From an uncultured Alphaproteobacteria bacterium (GTDB lineage Bacteria > Pseudomonadota > Alphaproteobacteria > ATCC43930 > CGMCC-115725): DNA of 64,000 nt. A program made the translations under genes and the position numbers. The stretch's first letter is position 1; every line of letters starts with the position of its first letter. The stretch spans positions 117,167 through 181,166 of the forward strand of contig CAVSZA010000022.1 of NCBI GenBank assembly GCA_963732095.1, read 5' to 3'. The notes beneath the pieces are model-generated. The model was given only the letters and a program-made list of their open reading frames with translations, was not told where the DNA came from and ran no database searches. Shown here in pieces: positions 18,937 to 27,448 of this stretch.

Positions 18937-20413
18937 ATGGCCGACGATATCGCTTTTATGCCGGCGACTCACCTGCTCGCCCTTTACCGAAGCAGGCAGC
19001 TGTCGCCCGTCCAAGTCATCGAGCACACATTGCGCCGGCTCGAGACTTATGAAAGCGCGATCAATGCCTTCGTCCTCTATGATCCAGAGACGGCTTTGGC
19101 AATGGCTCGGGCGTCCGAGGCGCGCTGGCAAAGGGGCGAGCCGCAGGGTTTACTCGACGGTGTGCCGGTCGCGCTGAAGGACACGCTGCTGACCCGAGGC
19201 TGGCCCCGTCTGTTGGGCTCGCGCACCATCGATCCCAGCCAGGCTTGGGACGAGGACGCGCCGGTGCCCGGCCGGCTCCGGGCCAACGGCGCGGTGTTCT
19301 TCGGCAAGACGACGACCCCCGAATTCGGCTGGAAAGGGGTCACCGATTCGCCGCTCAGCGGGGTCACCCGCAACCCGTGGAACCTGGAACGAACCCCAGG
19401 CGGCAGCAGCGGGGGCAGTGCCGCCGCGGTTCTGGCCGGCATCGGTCCTCTCGCGGTCGGCACCGACGCCGGCGGCTCGATCCGCATCCCGGCGTCATTC
19501 TGCGGTATTGTCGGCCATAAGCCGACCTTCGGGCGCGTGGCGGCGTATCCGCCCTCGGCCTTTGGTGACGTCGCGCATGTCGGGCCGATGACGCGCAGCG
19601 TCGGCGATGCGGCGCTGATGCTCGACGCAATAAAGGGGCCCGACTCGCGCGACTGGCACAGTCTGCCCGATGACGGGATCGCTTATCGCGAACGCGTCCG
19701 CGAAGGCTCGATCAAGGGCAGGCGTGTCGCGCTGTCGCCGACCCTCGGCTACGCCGAGCCTGCGCCGGCGGTCCGCGCGGCGGTCGAGCGCGCCGCCGAG
19801 ACCTTCGCCGAATTGGGTGCGGTCGTCGAGGAGTTCGGATCCCTTCTCGGAATCGCCGATGCCGATTTTCCAGTCACTCGCCCTCGGCGGTTTCTGGGCG
19901 TTGCTGCGCGCGCAGAAGCCCGAAGCCGTGGCGCTGATGGACCCCGGTCTCGTCGAAATGTGCCGGCGCGGCGAGGCCGTGACCCAGGAGCAATATGTCG
20001 AGGCGGTCGCACAGCGTGTGGCGCTGGGCCAAAGGCTGCGGCTGTTCTTCGATCGTTACGATCTGCTGCTGTCCCCGACCATGCCGATCCCCGCGGCCTA
20101 TGCCGACCCGCGCGCCGACGAGTTGCCGAATCCGGGAAATGCGTGGAGCTGGGTCACCTATACCTACGTCTTCAACTTGACCAAGAACCCGTCCTGCTCG
20201 ATTCCGTGCGGTTTTGCCGATGGGCTGCCGATCGGGCTGATGGTGACGGGCCCGCTATATGACGACCTTGGTGTGCTGCGGGCCTGTCGGGCCTATGAAG
20301 AAGCTGCCGGCGCCGTTTGGCCGAGTCCGGAACTGAGCGGGTGCCTCGACAAGATCGCCCGCCCGGCCGACACTGCGGTCAAGGCCAAGATACCGGCAAG
20401 CCGGAGCTTATGA
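18937..20413 (+). pseudogene. amidase (amidase-signature family), one frameshift
   Basis: From ATG 18937: MADDIAFMPATHLLALYRSRQLSPVQV..., AS signature GGSSGGSAAAVLAGIGPLAVGTDAGGSIRIPASFCG. Sense ends after AELGAVVEEF. The C-terminal third continues in ORF 19670..20413 (DPFSESPMPIFQSLALGGFWALL...LLSPTMPIPA...NLTKNPSCSIPCGFADGLPIGLMVTGP). One extra base near 19834-19838. Confidence 0.8.
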
Positions 20414-20424
20414 AGGAGGAAGGG

Positions 20425-20538
20425 ATGGCGAACAAGGAGCAGAAACGGAAGACCCGTGAGGCCAAAAAACCGAAACAGAAAAAGAAAGAATCGCCAAAAA
20501 CGCCGGCCAGCAAGGTGCAACAGGTTACCAGGACTTGA
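20425..20538 (+). CDS. small lysine-rich basic protein (37 aa), hypothetical
   Basis: AAGGAGGA at 20413-20420, then ATG 20425. MANKEQKRKTREAKKPKQKKKESPKTPASKVQQVTRT. The strong SD supports translation; function unknown. Confidence 0.4.
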   Translation: MANKEQKRKTREAKKPKQKKKESPKTPASKVQQVTRT

Positions 20539-20558
20539 TAACTCGCTGCTCGTGGGGC

Positions 20559-21056
20559 TCAGCCCTCGATCGGCGGACCGTAACCCGTGCGTGCTTCGAT
20601 TGCATGCACATCTGAAGGGCGCTCGAAGGGCTCTGGCGCCGGCTCGCCGGGCCGGCGCGGACGGCCGATTGCAGCAAAGAAATCATCGAGGCCGGGCGGC
20701 AGATAGGTCCACGTCATCTTCAGGTCGTCCGGCCCGTCATTGATGATCTTGTGTCGCACTCCCGGTCCCGCATAGACGGTGGTACCGGGAACAAACGGGT
20801 GCGCCACCCCGTCGACGAGAATGGTTCCCTTTCCGGCAAAGCAGAACAGGATTTCCTGGTTTGGGTCGTGCGAATGCTCGCGCACATATCCTCCAGGCGC
20901 AATGACCTGGACACCCATCGCGACGTTCTCGGGGCCGGCGTGCTTGGGGCTCAGCTTGATAATCGAATAGCCGTTGGCCCAGATCGGCTGCCAGTACGAT
21001 TGCCCCTCTTCCGGCTGCAGGACGATGCCCGGTGCGTTTGCGGCTTTTTCGCTCAT
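20559..21056 (-). CDS. cupin domain-containing protein
   Basis: GGYVREHSHDPNQEILFCFAGKGTILVDGVAHPFVPGTTVYAGPGVRHKIIN matches the two cupin motifs G(X)5HXH...G(X)5PXG...H. Confidence 0.8.
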   Translation of the reverse strand: MSEKAANAPGIVLQPEEGQSYWQPIWANGYSIIKLSPKHAGPENVAMGVQVIAPGGYVREHSHDPNQEILFCFAGKGTILVDGVAHPFVPGTTVYAGPGVRHKIINDGPDDLKMTWTYLPPGLDDFFAAIGRPRRPGEPAPEPFERPSDVHAIEARTGYGPPIEG

Positions 21057-21100
21057 GACATCTCCACCCGATCGATCCGTGTCCAGTCTGACTCACAATC

Positions 21101-23545
21101 TCAATCATCCGCAACGTCGGCCATGGCGGGGCTGACTTGAGCGGCCGGCTCGAGCGCCGCCTCGATGACGTCTTCGACCCGCTCGGCCCAGACGAAGCCT
21201 AGACTGTTGCGTGCGCTCTCGGGAATGTCTTCGTAATCCTTACGGTTGCGGGCCGGAAGAATAACCGTCGAAAGAGACGCCCGGGCGGCGGCGACGACTT
21301 TTTCCTTGATGCCGCCGACCGGCAGCACGAGCCCGCGCAAGCTGATCTCCCCGGTCATCGCCGTGTCGCTGCGCACGGTGCGATTGGTCAATAGCGAGAC
21401 GAGGGCGGTGAACATCGCCACACCCGCGCTCGGCCCGTCCTTTGGGATGGCGCCGGCGGGGACGTGGATGTGGATGTCGCTCTTTTCGAACATCCCGGGA
21501 TCGAGCCCGAGACCCGCCGCCCTGCCTTCGACGAGGCTCAGCGCCGCCTGTGCACTCTCCTTCATGACCTCACCCAGCTGGCCGGTCAGGATCAGCCGTC
21601 CATGGCCGGGGTTGCGGGCCGCTTCGATAAAGAGGATGTCGCCGCCGACCGGTGTCCAGGCGAGCCCGGTGGCGACGCCGGGGATGCTGGTGCGCATTGC
21701 AACCTCGCCTTCAAAGCGTGGCGCCCCGAGGATTTCGGACAGATTTTCCGGCTCGATCCGGACATGCTGAGCTGTGCCTTCGGCAACGCTCATAGCGGCA
21801 TTGCGCAACACCGCTCCGATTTCCCGCTCGAGCTGGCGCACGCCGGCTTCGCGAGTGTAGTCGCGGATAATGGAGTGGATCGCTGCGTCTGTAATTTCTA
21901 TCTGCTCGGCGGTCAACCCATTGGCCTTGAGCTGGCGGTCGACGAGATAGCGGCGGGCGATCTCGAACTTTTCGTCCTCGACGTAGCCCGGTAGGTCGAT
22001 CACCTCCATGCGGTCGCGCAATGGCCCTGGAATGCTGTCGAGGACGTTCGCCGTCGTAATGAACATGACCTTCGAGAGATCGAACGGCACCCCGAGATAA
22101 TTGTCGCGAAAAGTCGAGTTCTGCTCGGGGTCGAGCACCTCGAGGAGGGCGGAAGACGGGTCGCCTTGGATGCCGCGGCCGAGCTTGTCGATCTCGTCGA
22201 GCATCATGACGCAATCTCGCGCCCCGGCCCGGCGGATCCCCTGGATGATGTTCCCCGGCAATGCTCCGATATAGGTGCGGCGGTGCCCGCGGATCTCGGC
22301 CTCATCGTGGGTGCCCCCAAGGCTGACCCGAACGAATTTGCGGCCCGTCGCCCTGGCGATGCTCTGTCCCAATGAGGTCTTGCCGACACCAGGGGGACCG
22401 ACAAAACACAGGATCGGGCTGCGGCCGCCCGGGTTCAGCTGCTGGATCGCGAGATATTCGAGGATGCGCCGCTTGATCTTTCTGAGGCCGTAATGGTCGG
22501 CGTCTAGGATGCGCCGCGCCTCCGCGATGTCGACCGACTTCCCCAATTCGACCGACCACGGGAGTTCCGTCAGCCATTCGAGATAGGTGCGAGCCATCGA
22601 GTACTCACCCGACGCCTCCGGCATCCGGTCGAGCCGGGCAAGCTCCCTTTTTACATGCTCCTCGACCTCGGGCGGCATCTTCGCCTCGGCGATCTTCTTC
22701 GTCAGCTCCGCGATTTCCTGAGCCTTGGCGTCCTCGCCCTCGCCGAGCTCCTTCTGGATCGTCCTCATCTGCTCGCGCAGCAGGAATTCGCGCTGGCGAT
22801 CGTCGATCTTGCCTTTGGTCTGCTCGCTGATCTGCCGCGACAGCCGCAGAACCTCGATCCGATACGCCAGCAATTCCGATACTCGCACGAGCCGGCGCTC
22901 GATATCGACCGTCTCCAGGATCTCCTCTTTTTCTTGCGGCGTGATGTCCATGAAACTCGCGATCAAATCGGCGAGTGCCGCGGCCGAGGGCACCGATTGC
23001 ACGGCGCCGACGAGCTCGGCCGGGGTCTGCGGCAACAGCTGCAACACCTCGAGCGCTTGGTTGCGCAAATTGAGGAGCCGCGCGGCGACATCCGTTGTCG
23101 TTGCCTCGGTCTCCTCTATCCGCTCGATCCGGGCGGCGAGAAACGGGTAGCCGTCGAGAAAATCGAGAATGCGAAAGCGCCGCTCGCCTTGGCAGATCGC
23201 GTGGTGACCGCCGTCGGGGCTCGTGACATAACGCAGCAGGCTGGCTTCGGTGCCCATGCGATGCAGATCGACCGGGATCGGGTCGTCGATGCCGGGGTCG
23301 CGCTGCAACACCAGCCCGACGGTCCGGTTGAGCCGCATCGCCGTCTGCGCCGCCACCACCGAACGCTGCCGACCGAGCGTGATCGGCAACACCGTGCCGG
23401 GGAACAGAACAAGGTTGCGGGTCGGGATAAGGATCAGCGCGTCCTCCGGTAATGCCGCGACGGCGGCCGATCCCATTTCGACACTGCCGGGGGGCGGGGG
23501 CGCAGCGCTGCCCGAGGTACGTAGTTCCCGGTCCTCCAAAGGCAT
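21101..23545 (-). CDS. lon: ATP-dependent Lon protease (endopeptidase La)
   Basis: The ORF track starts at TTG 23560. ATG 23545 (MPLEDRE...) has GAGGA upstream. LON N-domain (LILIPTRNLVLFPGTVLPITLG), Walker A FVGPPGVGKTSLGQSIA, S16 catalytic-Ser motif PKDGPSAGVAMFTALVSLL. Confidence 0.9.
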   Translation of the reverse strand: MPLEDRELRTSGSAAPPPPGSVEMGSAAVAALPEDALILIPTRNLVLFPGTVLPITLGRQRSVVAAQTAMRLNRTVGLVLQRDPGIDDPIPVDLHRMGTEASLLRYVTSPDGGHHAICQGERRFRILDFLDGYPFLAARIERIEETEATTTDVAARLLNLRNQALEVLQLLPQTPAELVGAVQSVPSAAALADLIASFMDITPQEKEEILETVDIERRLVRVSELLAYRIEVLRLSRQISEQTKGKIDDRQREFLLREQMRTIQKELGEGEDAKAQEIAELTKKIAEAKMPPEVEEHVKRELARLDRMPEASGEYSMARTYLEWLTELPWSVELGKSVDIAEARRILDADHYGLRKIKRRILEYLAIQQLNPGGRSPILCFVGPPGVGKTSLGQSIARATGRKFVRVSLGGTHDEAEIRGHRRTYIGALPGNIIQGIRRAGARDCVMMLDEIDKLGRGIQGDPSSALLEVLDPEQNSTFRDNYLGVPFDLSKVMFITTANVLDSIPGPLRDRMEVIDLPGYVEDEKFEIARRYLVDRQLKANGLTAEQIEITDAAIHSIIRDYTREAGVRQLEREIGAVLRNAAMSVAEGTAQHVRIEPENLSEILGAPRFEGEVAMRTSIPGVATGLAWTPVGGDILFIEAARNPGHGRLILTGQLGEVMKESAQAALSLVEGRAAGLGLDPGMFEKSDIHIHVPAGAIPKDGPSAGVAMFTALVSLLTNRTVRSDTAMTGEISLRGLVLPVGGIKEKVVAAARASLSTVILPARNRKDYEDIPESARNSLGFVWAERVEDVIEAALEPAAQVSPAMADVADD

Positions 23546-23556
23546 GGCAGGTATCC

Positions 23557-23952
23557 TCAAGACTTGTGCAGCTGCAGCATCAGGCAGCCATTGGCTAGAT
23601 GCCGGCCGGAGAGTTCGAGCCGGGCCGGCGGCAACTCGATCCGTCGCTGAAAATGCCCGTGTGGAATCTCCAGCCGATGGATCCGGGCATTCGTCAAATC
23701 ACCGGGTAAGGGGCGTTCGCCGCTGACGATCAACACGCCGGCACTGAGGGTTACCTGCACCTGGTCGGGGTCCACCCCCGGCAGGGCGATCACGATCGTG
23801 AGCGCATTGTCGGTCTCAAAAATGTCGACCGGAGCTTCCCAGCAGGGCGCGGTGTGGGCGCGGTGAAAGAATTGGCGGTGGAGCCGCTGAGCGCGCTCCA
23901 TCGCCTCGTAAGCCTGCGCCCACATCAGCCTGTCGAGCTGTCGGTTTGGCAT
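23557..23952 (-). CDS. Hsp20/alpha-crystallin family small heat-shock protein
   Basis: GGAG, a 6-nt spacer, then ATG 23952 (MPNRQLDRLMW...). ACD core PVDIFETDNALTIVIALPGVDPDQVQVTLSAGVLIVSGER...HRLEIPHGHFQRRIELP. Its stop lies 11 nt upstream of the lon ATG. Confidence 0.85.
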   Translation of the reverse strand: MPNRQLDRLMWAQAYEAMERAQRLHRQFFHRAHTAPCWEAPVDIFETDNALTIVIALPGVDPDQVQVTLSAGVLIVSGERPLPGDLTNARIHRLEIPHGHFQRRIELPPARLELSGRHLANGCLMLQLHKS

Positions 23953-24045
23953 TATCAACTCCGCGAGGTGCGGCCCGGCCGGCGAGGGCCGCATCGCTCA
24001 TATAGGGTGCAAAACTGAGAGGAGAGAGAATTTCTTAACCCGCTG

Positions 24046-24702
24046 CTATGGACAACCGAACTCGTCGAGGCATCGTTCCAAAGCGCCGCGCTCAGCCCGC
24101 CGGGTGAGGGTCGCGCGCGGCTCGATCAACGGCGCCTGAATTCGAGCCTCGGTGACGATCACATCCATAGGGATGTCGAACGACTGCGGGAATATCGTCT
24201 CCATCTGCGACATCTCGAAGCCAACTCCGATCGCCAGCGGCCGCGGTGACAAGGCTGCCAAGGTTCGGTCGAAGTAGCCGCCGCCATAGCCGAGGCGATA
24301 GCATTGCCGGTCAAATCCGACGAGCGGCGCAAGCACGGCTTGCGGCACCACGACCTCGCGCGCCTCCGGCATCGGGATGTTCCACACTCCGTCGACCAGA
24401 GCTTCGCCCGGTCGCCAAGCACGGTATTCGAGCGGGCCCTTCTTATCGACAACGGCCGGCAGCGCCACTGCAAATCCTTGCGCTATCACCCATTCGATCA
24501 AAGCTCGAGGATCGAATTCCGCCTGGAACGGCCAGTAGACGCCAAGCGTCCTGACCGGCCGCTCCAGCAGCAGTGTGCGCAGTCTTGCCTCGACCTCGCC
24601 ACCCCAGTGGCGGCGCTCGACGGGCGGCGTGGCGGTGCGCAGCGCCAATAGGCGCTGCCGCTCCGACCGCCGCCAAGCCTTCAGCTCGGCGCCGTCCATC
24701 AC
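24046..24702 (-). CDS. 5-formyltetrahydrofolate cyclo-ligase family protein
   Basis: Motifs LGVYWPFQAEFD, AVALPAV, LAPLVGFDRQCYRLGYGGGYFDRTLA are typical 5-FCL. Directly downstream of fhs. Confidence 0.8.
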   Translation of the reverse strand: MMDGAELKAWRRSERQRLLALRTATPPVERRHWGGEVEARLRTLLLERPVRTLGVYWPFQAEFDPRALIEWVIAQGFAVALPAVVDKKGPLEYRAWRPGEALVDGVWNIPMPEAREVVVPQAVLAPLVGFDRQCYRLGYGGGYFDRTLAALSPRPLAIGVGFEMSQMETIFPQSFDIPMDVIVTEARIQAPLIEPRATLTRRAERGALERCLDEFGCP

Positions 24703-24713
24703 TCGATCGTTGC

Positions 24714-26414
24714 TCAGAAGAGCCCCGTAATGCGGCCCTCCGCATCAACCGCGATATTATTTGCGGCCGGCACCTGCGGCAGGCCCGGCAAAGTCATGAT
24801 ATCGCCGCAGATTACGACCACGAACTCCGCGCCGGCCGACAGTCGCAATTCCCGCACTGTCAGAGTATGGTCGCTGGGTGCGCCTTTGGCGTTGGGATCG
24901 GTCGTAAAGCTGAACTGGGTTTTGGCGATGCACACGGGAAAATGGCCGAAGCCCTGGTCTTCCAACTGTTTGAATTGGTCGCGGACCGTCTGGCCGGCCT
25001 CGATGTCGCTGGCGCCGTAGATGCGCTGGGCAATCGTGCGGACCTTTTCCAAAAGCGGCATTTCGTTCGGATACAGAAAACGGAGTTTTGCCGTGCCGCT
25101 CTCGGCGAGAGCAACGACGGCACGGGCCAGCTCGACCGCTCCCTCTCCACCCTGGGCCCAATGGTCGGCGACGATCGCCTCGACACCCTCGCGCGCGCAG
25201 AGCTGCTTCAGCAGGTCGAGTTCCGCCGTGGTGTCGGCGCTGAAGCGATTGACCGAGACGACCGCCGGCACGCCAAACTGACGCAAGTTCCGCAAGTGAC
25301 GGGCGAGGTTGGCAAATCCGCCTTCCAGCGCCCCGAGGTTTTCCTGCCGCAAAGCGTCGCGAGCGACGCCCCCGTGCATTTTCAAGGCCCGCACGGTCGC
25401 CACGACGACGGCGGCGTCCGGCCTCAACCCGGCCTTGCGGCATTTGATGTCGAAGAATTTTTCGGCTCCAAGATCCGCGCCGAACCCCGCCTCGGTGACG
25501 ACGTAATCCGCGAGCTTCAACGCCGCGGTCGTCGCAATCACCGAATTGCAGCCATGCGCGATGTTGGCGAATGGGCCGCCATGGATGAAAACCGGGTTGT
25601 TCTCGATCGTCTGCACCAAGTTGGGCGCGAGCGCATCCTTCAGTAAGGCTGCCATCGACCCGGCCGCTTTGATATCGGCGGCCTGTACCGCCTTGCGCTC
25701 CCGCGTCTGGCCGACGACGATGTTGCCGAGCCGCCGCTGCAGGTCCTGAAGATCGGTCGCCATGCAAAACGTCGCCATCACTTGCGAGGCGGCGGTGATG
25801 TCGAAACCGTCCTCGCGCGGATAGCCGTTGGCGACGCCCCCCAGGGAGGAGACGACCGAGCGCAGCGCACGGTCGTTCATGTCTATCGCGCGACGCCAGC
25901 TGACCCGGCGCGGGTCAATACGGGGTTCGAGCCCATAATAGATGTGGTTGTCAACCATTGCCGCGAGCAGGTTGTTGGCCGCTCCGATCGCGTGCAGGTC
26001 GCCAGTGAAGTGCAGGTTGATATCCTCCATCGGCACGACCTGCGCGTAGCCGCCGCCCGCCGCGCCGCCCTTGACGCCGAAGCAGGGACCCATGCTTGCC
26101 TCGCGGAGGCAGAGCACGGCTTTTTTGCCGATCAGGTTAAGCGCGTCGCCGAGTCCGACAGTCGTTGTAGTCTTACCTTCGCCGGCCGGCGTCGGAGTGA
26201 TCGCCGTGATGAGGATCAGCTTGGCAGGCCGATCGGGAAGCGAGCGAATGTAGTCGAGTTAAATCTTCGCCTTGTATTTGCCATAAGGCGAGACCGCATC
26301 ATCCGGGATCCCCAGCTTTTCCGCGGCGATGGCGCCGATCGGCCGCATCGTCGCGGCCTGAGCTATCTCGATGTTGGATTTCGGGTTTTTGTGTTGCTCG
26401 GCTCCGCGCGCCAC
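24714..26414 (-). pseudogene. fhs: formate--tetrahydrofolate ligase, otherwise full length, with one in-frame TAA
   Basis: GAAGGAGA, 6 nt, then GTG 26414. [54 protein letters not shown](26259-26261)[87 protein letters not shown]... runs in the same frame to 24714. Family members have Ser at this position (KAKISLD); TCA to TAA is one substitution. Confidence 0.85.
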
Positions 26415-26578
26415 GGCGTTTCTCCTTCTGCGATGACGCCGCGTCTTAACCCCTCGGGGCCCGACGGGCAACCTTCCTCCACGTATTCGTTTGGCACGGG
26501 GAGGTGACGTAACGGGCTTCTGACCGGTTACCCCCGAGGATATATTAACTTCGGCTCACGAACACTCAGAGGTGCCTG

Positions 26579-27028
26579 ATGATTGACACAAAGACTGGCC
26601 GAGCCGCCGGTTTCGGCGCCGCGGCAATGATTGCCGCGCTCGGCCTCGCTGCCGCCGTTTCAGCCCCCACCCCAGCCGAGGCTCGAGTGTTCATCGGCTT
26701 CGGCTTTGGTTTTCCGATAGGGTTTCCGTTCTATTATCCTCCCTACCCCTATTATCCGCCGCCGGCTTATTACCCGCCGCCACCCTACGACCTCGGCCCG
26801 GCGTCCTATCCGGCGCCCGGGACACCATCTCAGCCGTCAGCCGGCTATGCGCCCTCCGGACTTGCCGGGAGCCCCTCGATCACCTAAACGCCGCGGCGCG
26901 GCTGGACGAACGCGCAGGGACAATATTGCCGGGAGTACCGGACCACCGGGCCGGGGGGCAATCGTGCGACCGAGCGTTACGGAACCGCCTGCCGGGACGC
27001 GAGCGGCCAATGGCGGATTGGTAACTGA
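26579..27028 (+). pseudogene. secreted Pro/Tyr-rich protein with conserved Cys-motif C-terminus, interrupted by an in-frame TAA
   Basis: ORF 26579..26887 has a signal peptide (AAMIAALGLAAAVSAPTPAEA), then FGFGFPIGFPFYYPPYPYYPPPAYYPPPPYDLGP.... Past TAA 26885-26887 the same frame reads TPRRGWTNAQGQYCREYRTTGPGGNRATERYGTACRDASGQWRIGN-TGA (27026-27028). The C-R-E-Y...Y-G-T-A-C-R..G.W pattern is a C-terminal motif I recall from small rhizobial surface proteins. This is recollection, not a search. Confidence 0.55.
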
Positions 27029-27048
27029 GAATTGGGAGTTATCGGCAT

Positions 27049-27234
27049 TTAACGTGCTGCTTCGACCGGCACGCGGAGTTCGACGGACAACGGCAGACCG
27101 CCATGGGCTTCGCCGAGCCTGCCGAGCCGCTCGGCCAGTTGGGCCAATGTCGCGCCGCGCGCCAGATCGAAAGATAGTCTCGAATTTTGGAATACCGCCG
27201 TCACTCGGTTCGGCTTCTGCGCGCTGTTGCTCAT
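27049..27234 (-). CDS. small hypothetical protein (61 aa)
   Basis: GAGGGGGA lies 7 nt upstream of ATG 27234. MSNSAQKPNRVTAVFQNSRLSFDLARGATLAQLAERLGRLGEAHGGLPLSVELRVPVEAAR. Divergent from the Gly/His-repeat protein gene. Confidence 0.4.
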   Translation of the reverse strand: MSNSAQKPNRVTAVFQNSRLSFDLARGATLAQLAERLGRLGEAHGGLPLSVELRVPVEAAR

Positions 27235-27448
27235 TATGGAATCCCCCTCAATTGGGTATAACTGTCAGATAAACTGCCGAACGCGCAATTTAATCCGTAA
27301 AAATTTGTATCAATTCGCATCCGCCTTTGATCCCGGAAGAAAGCGCAGACGCCGTAACTTTGCTTAACAAAAATTTACTCGAATGCCATGCCGCCAACCA
27401 CACATACGATCCGAGCGAGCAATGTTTACGATTGGGATGGAGTAGTCG

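Noticed and set aside
23953-24045. A sigma-32 type heat-shock promoter (CTTGAA-N16-17-CCCCATNT) upstream of hsp20.
   Set aside because: A CCCTATAT motif is present on the minus strand (around 23999-24006), but no acceptable -35 element lies at the correct spacing. Not called as a feature.
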